NCBI GenBank assembly: GCA_030704615.1
Contig: CM060734.1
Coordinates: 13,206,001 to 13,270,000, forward strand
Origin: Takakia lepidozioides
Lineage: Eukaryota > Plantae > Bryophyta
Direction: 5' to 3'
DNA length: 64,000 bases
Shown here: positions 58,801 to 64,000 of the stretch, piece after piece
Numbering within the stretch: the first letter of the stretch is position 1
Layout: the number at the start of each line of letters is the position of its first letter
Program-made: the position numbers and the translations under genes
The notes under the pieces: generated by a model
What the model saw: the letters and a program-made list of their open reading frames with translations, nothing else
The model's database searches: none
Told to the model about the DNA's origin: nothing

Positions 58801-58890
58801 ACGGGGCTTCAGCTCGTGGAACCGGTTTTGCGGGAGACTGCTCTACCCTCCCTCTGATTGTCTTCTGCTTCTTAATCTTTGCAGGTGAAG
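55885..58890 (-). pseudogene. Copy 3 (diverged, N-terminal part): multi-exon gene with a ParB/Srx-like domain leading into the amino-MTase region
   Basis: VRQALPGDVDKLKFAFREGY...AFYVS...FFVWDGNHRLLA(W>stop) at 58222-58509. Several GT-AG introns. Ends in VQCVNESFLAAL...DTPGFQKM...CDMIILDIPDG, clearly homologous to ORF 181-858. Confidence 0.75.
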
Positions 58891-61800
58891 GTCCCAATAG
58901 TACCCCCGAGTTCACGCAGAAAGTACATTTTTCTGGATTCAGACCAAGACCTCTCATCCTGCATCTGGCCAAACATAATTCCAACTTCTGCAGGTACTCA
59001 TTCTTAGAGTTGTACACACTGAAGTCATCTAAGAACACTTGCATGAAATCATCCAAATACTCATGGAAAGATTCACTTATCACCCTTTGGAAAGTTGCTG
59101 GTGCATTACAAAGTCCAAAAGGCATGACTTTGTATGCATAAACACCCCAGTCTGTGATGAAAGGTGTCTTTCCTTGCTCTTCTTCCACCACTTGCACTTG
59201 GTTATACCCACTGAAGCCATCCATGAATGAGTACATCTCATGGCCTGCCACAGTGTCCAGTAAAGCTTCTGTAAATGGCAAAGGAAATGGATCTTTCTTT
59301 GTACAAGCATTCAATTTCTTATAGTTCACACAAACTCTCAGTTTGCCATTCTTCTTGGGAACTATCACAATGGGTGATAGCCAAGTTGTATACTCTATCG
59401 GGTATATGAACTTAGCCTCAGCCAACTTCTTGATCTCTTCCCCAACCTTCTGTGCATAGTTAGGATTCATCCTGTACCTTGCCTGTTTTATTGGTACTAA
59501 CCCTGGTTCCAGTTCAATCTTATGCTGGCAGATCTGAGGTGGTATCCCTTTCAGATCCTCATAGCTCCAAGCAAATACATCTTTGTATTTGATGAATAGG
59601 CTCTTAGCTTCCTCAAAGAATTCTGGCTCCAAGTCAGCCCCTACTTTCACCATTCTTAGTTCCTCCTCAGTTCCCACATTCACTTCTCTCACCTGCTCTT
59701 CAGCTGTGATTGTCCATCCAGCCACTACTTCATCCTGTAAACTCACGGTGGCTGGTTCTTCTAGGATTTCTATTTCTCCCTCTCTTTCTTCATAGAAATG
59801 TGGTGGATAACTACTTGTTTCCCCCTCAATTGGTGTTGTTGTTACTGCACCACAACAGATACCTTTAAAGCAACTCAGACCTCCCAGTTGCATTTCTGCA
59901 ACCTGCTCCCACTCTGGGTGTGCAGCAAACAAGGTAGCTTTCTGCTCCTCATCAAGTCCTCCCCTCCAGTCATACTCCCTGACTCCACGAGGTCAGCCTA
60001 CTAGATTTCTTAGTGGTGACCTGTATCTTGTGCTTCCCATCATGCACAGTCAGTAACTGGGAATTCCAGTCATGGAATACCCTGGCATGTTTCAGCCATG
60101 GTCGACCCAACAATAAGGAGTAAGCTTCCCTGACATCATCCATTTTCAACACAGTCACTGTGATCTTAAAGATCATCTTCTGAATTTGTATCTTAACTCC
60201 TCTTATCAAGCCTAACGGCTGTACACTCTTTTGATCTGCCATTGTTACTGTGAATGGGGCTGGTTTCATGTTACTTAGACCAAGCTTCTGCCTTAACTGG
60301 TCTGTCATAATATTCACTCCCGAGCCTCCATCTATCAGTACATCAGTAAAGTCTGTGCTTCCAATTCTCAACTGGATTACTGGCATAGAATCATCAAAGT
60401 CCATGACTGTTTCTCGCCCTTCAGGCTTCAATTTATAATTTGTCACCTTGTTGTTCAGGTCTGTGTTCTCTGTCACATGAGCAATCTGATTGATTGCTTG
60501 ATACAGCCTGTGCCTACAATGAGGTGCCTCAGCCAATAGCTGTCCAATGGTAATCTCAGCTTTGGACTGGCATACTACTTCAGCCAAAGTCCCTTCATTA
60601 CCCTGCACTTGTGCAGCTTCTTACTTCACTTCATCTTCACCCTCTTCATCTTCTCTATCAATGTCAGAAGAATCTGCCATATGGATATCAGTATTCTTCT
60701 GCATTTCCCTTATGGTATCAGCCACTTCCTTGTGCAGTTCCTTCTCATCTCTCCAAGCCTCATCATCTTCAGGCACATCACTGTCATCTTCATTTATATC
60801 TTCTTCCTCATCCACTGGAGGTATTAGTTTAGCTTTGCTTCTGGTAACTATCATTGTATCTACTTCTGGCACAAAATATGGCCTAACCATGTGAGCTGCC
60901 ACCACTGGGCCTTCATTCACAGGAGCTCTCATCTCATTCTGGTGTCTGATCCAGAATGGACAGGCTGCTTTGCGATGTCCTGCCTGGTTACAATCGTAAC
61001 ATAGTTCTTCACGATTGGGTCCTCGCCTTTGGTCTGTTCTGGGATTATTTCTATAATCTTGATTCCCTGGCTGGTAATTCCCCCTTGGATTACCCTGATA
61101 GTTGCCTCTGGGATTGCCTTGGTAATTCCCTCTTGGATTACCCCTCCCTGCCATTCCATTGTTATATCCATCAGGCCTACCATAGTGGTCATGTTCATTG
61201 TTTCTTCTTGGCTGGGGCTGCACTTGATGCACCCTTACTTGCCTAGGTTCTCTTGCAGCTGTCCTTCTGTTGTAATAACAATTCTCAATAGAATGGTTAT
61301 CCATTTTACAGATAGTACAGTGTTTCTCCTTCATGTGGCATTCAGCTGTGGTATGGCCTTCATTCTTGCATTTTGCACACCAAACACCCTTCCTCCAATG
61401 TGTTGCAGCCTCTGTGGCATACTTCTTCAAGATTTCCTCCAGTCTTTTCTCATAGTTGTCCCTCTTGAACTTTTCCTTCTTCTTGCTCTTGCTCTTCTTC
61501 CTCATCTTCAGAGTCCTCATCCTCCCTTTTATCTCTCCTGAGCATTCCCAATTGCTCAATTCTGTTGGCTGTTTCAAATGCCTCCTCCACTGTATTATGG
61601 GGTAGCATATCCTCTTTCTTTTGTAATTCAGGTCTTAGTCCACTCACAAACCAGGTCTTCTGTAACCCTGGTGCTGGTACAACAACCAGCTTTTTCATCA
61701 TTAACTCCATCTTTTCCATGTACTCCTCAACAGTTTCATGCTTCATTTGCCTTAACTGTTGCAAACTCCTATACACTTCATCCTTAGTTTTGCTTGTCCT

Positions 61801-64000
61801 GAACCTGTTTTGGAATGTTGTACTAAGGCCATTCCAGGTTAGGAAATGATTATTAGGAAATCTTGCATACCATTCACTTGCTTTCCTGATAAGTGAACAA
61901 GGAAACAGTCTCATCTTGGCATCATCGCCATTCTCATTGTTCACAATACACATGTGCTCAAATTGGCTGATGTGTACATCATGATCCCCTTTCCCTGCAT
62001 ATATTGGAAAATGTGGTTTTTCCCGTGTTGGAGGTACCGCCATTTGTGGCCCTACACCCTGCCCTTTGACAGGTGTTGGTCCTCCTGTTGGTGTCGGTCC
62101 TTGAGGACCTGCTGTTGTAGTGGTGGAACTCCCACCAGGTGCTGGCCCCTAAGCACTCCCTGCTGCTGGCTCTTCTGTACTTACAGTATTCCCAGCTCCA
62201 GTTGCACTACTTCCCACACTCCGTGTCCCCCCAGAGCCAGATCCAAGCTGCCCGCCTGATCCCCCTGAGCCGACACCTTTGTTGGCATGTGATTCAAGTG
62301 CTCCACTTGATCCAGGTCCAACAGGTTGGGATGTCCTGGTTGTAGTCTCAACCTCAACTGTTGGGTCTACTTCTTCATACTCTTCATCTTCCAAATTCTT
62401 CTTTCTATTTTCATCTTCCAAGTTCTTCTCTTGGATTTCCTCTTCCTCACTCATATAACTCAATTGAAGTGGTGTTGGAGAGTCTGAACTCTCCGTTGGC
62501 TCTGCCACATCTTCCTCTCCTTCTTTGTCTTGTAATTCAGAAACTAGAGTTCCTGCTTTTGGTGTCCCATGCCAACTCTGATCAAAGATTTCTGTCAAAT
62601 CTTTAATCCAGGGATGTATCTCAGATCTCTCCCCTCGTGGCTGATCTTCTTCCTGTACCAAATCCCTTAATCTTTCTTGTAAGGAAAAAGAAGGAGTGGC
62701 ATCCAACTCTGGTTCTTCCGGTATGGGTGATGTACTCTCTGGTCTTAATGGTGTGAGAGGTCCAGATGATTCCCCTATGTCTATTCCTCTCTCCCAAAGA
62801 GGATAATTAGCTTTCAAATAACTTTTTTTTTTGCTGAATATCTGTGGAGTCTAGCTTCTCTTTCATCACTCATGTCCCATGTCTTTCATATCTTTAATGA
62901 GGCAATAACCAAAACTTTCTTCTATAGTATCTCTCGTATATGCCTGGATTTCTTTCAAGCTTTAATGCACCCTTGGCTATACTAGAAGTCTTTGTTACCA
63001 TATAACCATATGGCAAGCACGTCTGGAAAGCTGTTCTTGGTGTCAGTTTGATCCACAGGATATCCTTAGGAATCCAATTCTTTACCAGTACAAGTTCTTC
63101 ATGCATATGAGTGTAAACATTCACTTTCCGTTCCTCCCAGTCTTCAAACTCCACTCGTTCAATGGATACCAATGCTATCACATAAACCAGTGTTGGTAAC
63201 CAACTTGCTCTCCCTCTACAGGCCACTTGATAAATCTTTATCACTCATTTCTCCAAACCCCACTCAGGATCAGCATCATGCACTCTCTTAAGAATGTTTT
63301 CTTTGCAACCGTCTGGCAATTCCAAGAATCTATGAAAGAATTGTTTGGACAATCTTTCTTTCTCAGTTCCACAGGGAATTTGATTCACATCAAATTCTTT
63401 GATTCTCCAACCACCATAATCCCACCAGATGCCTGTCACATCTAGTTGTTCTTGACTCAGGTCCCCAGTATGGTCGCCAAATGTCAAGCGGCTTTTACTC
63501 ACCCATCCCTTTGCTATCCAAGGTGGGAACTCCAAGATAGAAGAGTTGGATATCTCTAAGCACTCAGCCCGCTCAGAACAACCAGTCATGACCTATAACT
63601 AGTGTATCATGGGAGTGCTTCATGTTTGTATTCCTTCTTGTCTTCATGTCAGCAAGTTACCTTATTGTTATATTTAAGTATCAGATTGCTTCAGCAATCT
63701 ACCAGGTTCCAATCACTCATCCATTCATTCCACAGCTTCACTCAGGTCTCTCTACACAGTGCGAGTATGGAATATGTATCAGATTAAGATCTATCAAGTA
63801 TCAGGCCGAAGCCATGGTGTCTCTAATATGCTCTACAGTACATCTCTACAGCTTGCATGAATCAAGCATCAACAGTTCGTGTCTCCTCCTTCATTGCGCT
63901 CTCCATCCCTCAGCTCCCGATCGTCCTTCTCTCCCTGATGGCCAAGTCGTGATCCCCAAGAAGTCCTCTCCCCGTTGCTACTCTGCCTTTTCTATCTGCA
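58891..64000 (-). mobile_element. Ty3/Gypsy family A 5' part: upstream ORFs, gag, three CCHC knuckles, protease, RT (truncated at 58891)
   Basis: HFPIYAGKGD...RLFPCSL..ASEWY (gag); CAKCKNEGHTTAEC, CTICKMDNHSIENC and CYDCNQAGHRKAAC; VLIDGGSGVN; LRVCVNY, SFMDGFSGYNQ and VFLDDF. Confidence 0.92.
61072..61146 (-). repeat. 24-bp coding tandem repeat (NPRGNYQG x3) in gag
   Basis: Translation RGNPRGNYQGNPRGNYQGNPRGNYQP. Confidence 0.85.

Noticed and set aside
58727-58890. Apparent RT C-terminal extension PSPAKIKKQK...
   Set aside because: Chance read-through across the Gypsy/ParB-gene junction at 58891, not a real fusion protein.
1-64000. rRNA, tRNA or other structured ncRNA genes
   Set aside because: None recognisable by eye; a covariance-model scan was not possible.

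Overview
Eukaryotic nuclear DNA, most likely from a non-seed land plant (bryophyte/lycophyte/fern grade, inferred from PLS-type PPR motifs, OSB PDF motifs, spliceosomal introns and the plant Ty3/Gypsy, hAT, CACTA and MULE-like families). Most of the window is a patchwork of truncated, mutated transposon fragments. The host-like genes are one apparently intact two-exon SAM-domain gene, an intronless RING-H2 ORF, PPR fragments and an OSB-like pseudogene. The main signal is that three unrelated mobile or repeated families each carry a DNA-methyltransferase-type domain, two of them with a chromatin-reader domain. (1) A Ty3/Gypsy element has a DNMT3-like C5-cytosine methyltransferase between protease and RT, and a PHD finger on the integrase (24050-31202). 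(2) A multi-copy, intron-containing gene fuses a ParB/Srx-like domain to a beta-class N6A/N4C amino-methyltransferase; there are three copies, two ending at the same defined terminus. (3) A Dualen/RandI-like LINE carries a chromodomain plus a PCIF1-like amino-methyltransferase-like segment ahead of RNase H (two copies). All copies here are degenerate. Domain calls come from motif reading by eye, not from database searches.
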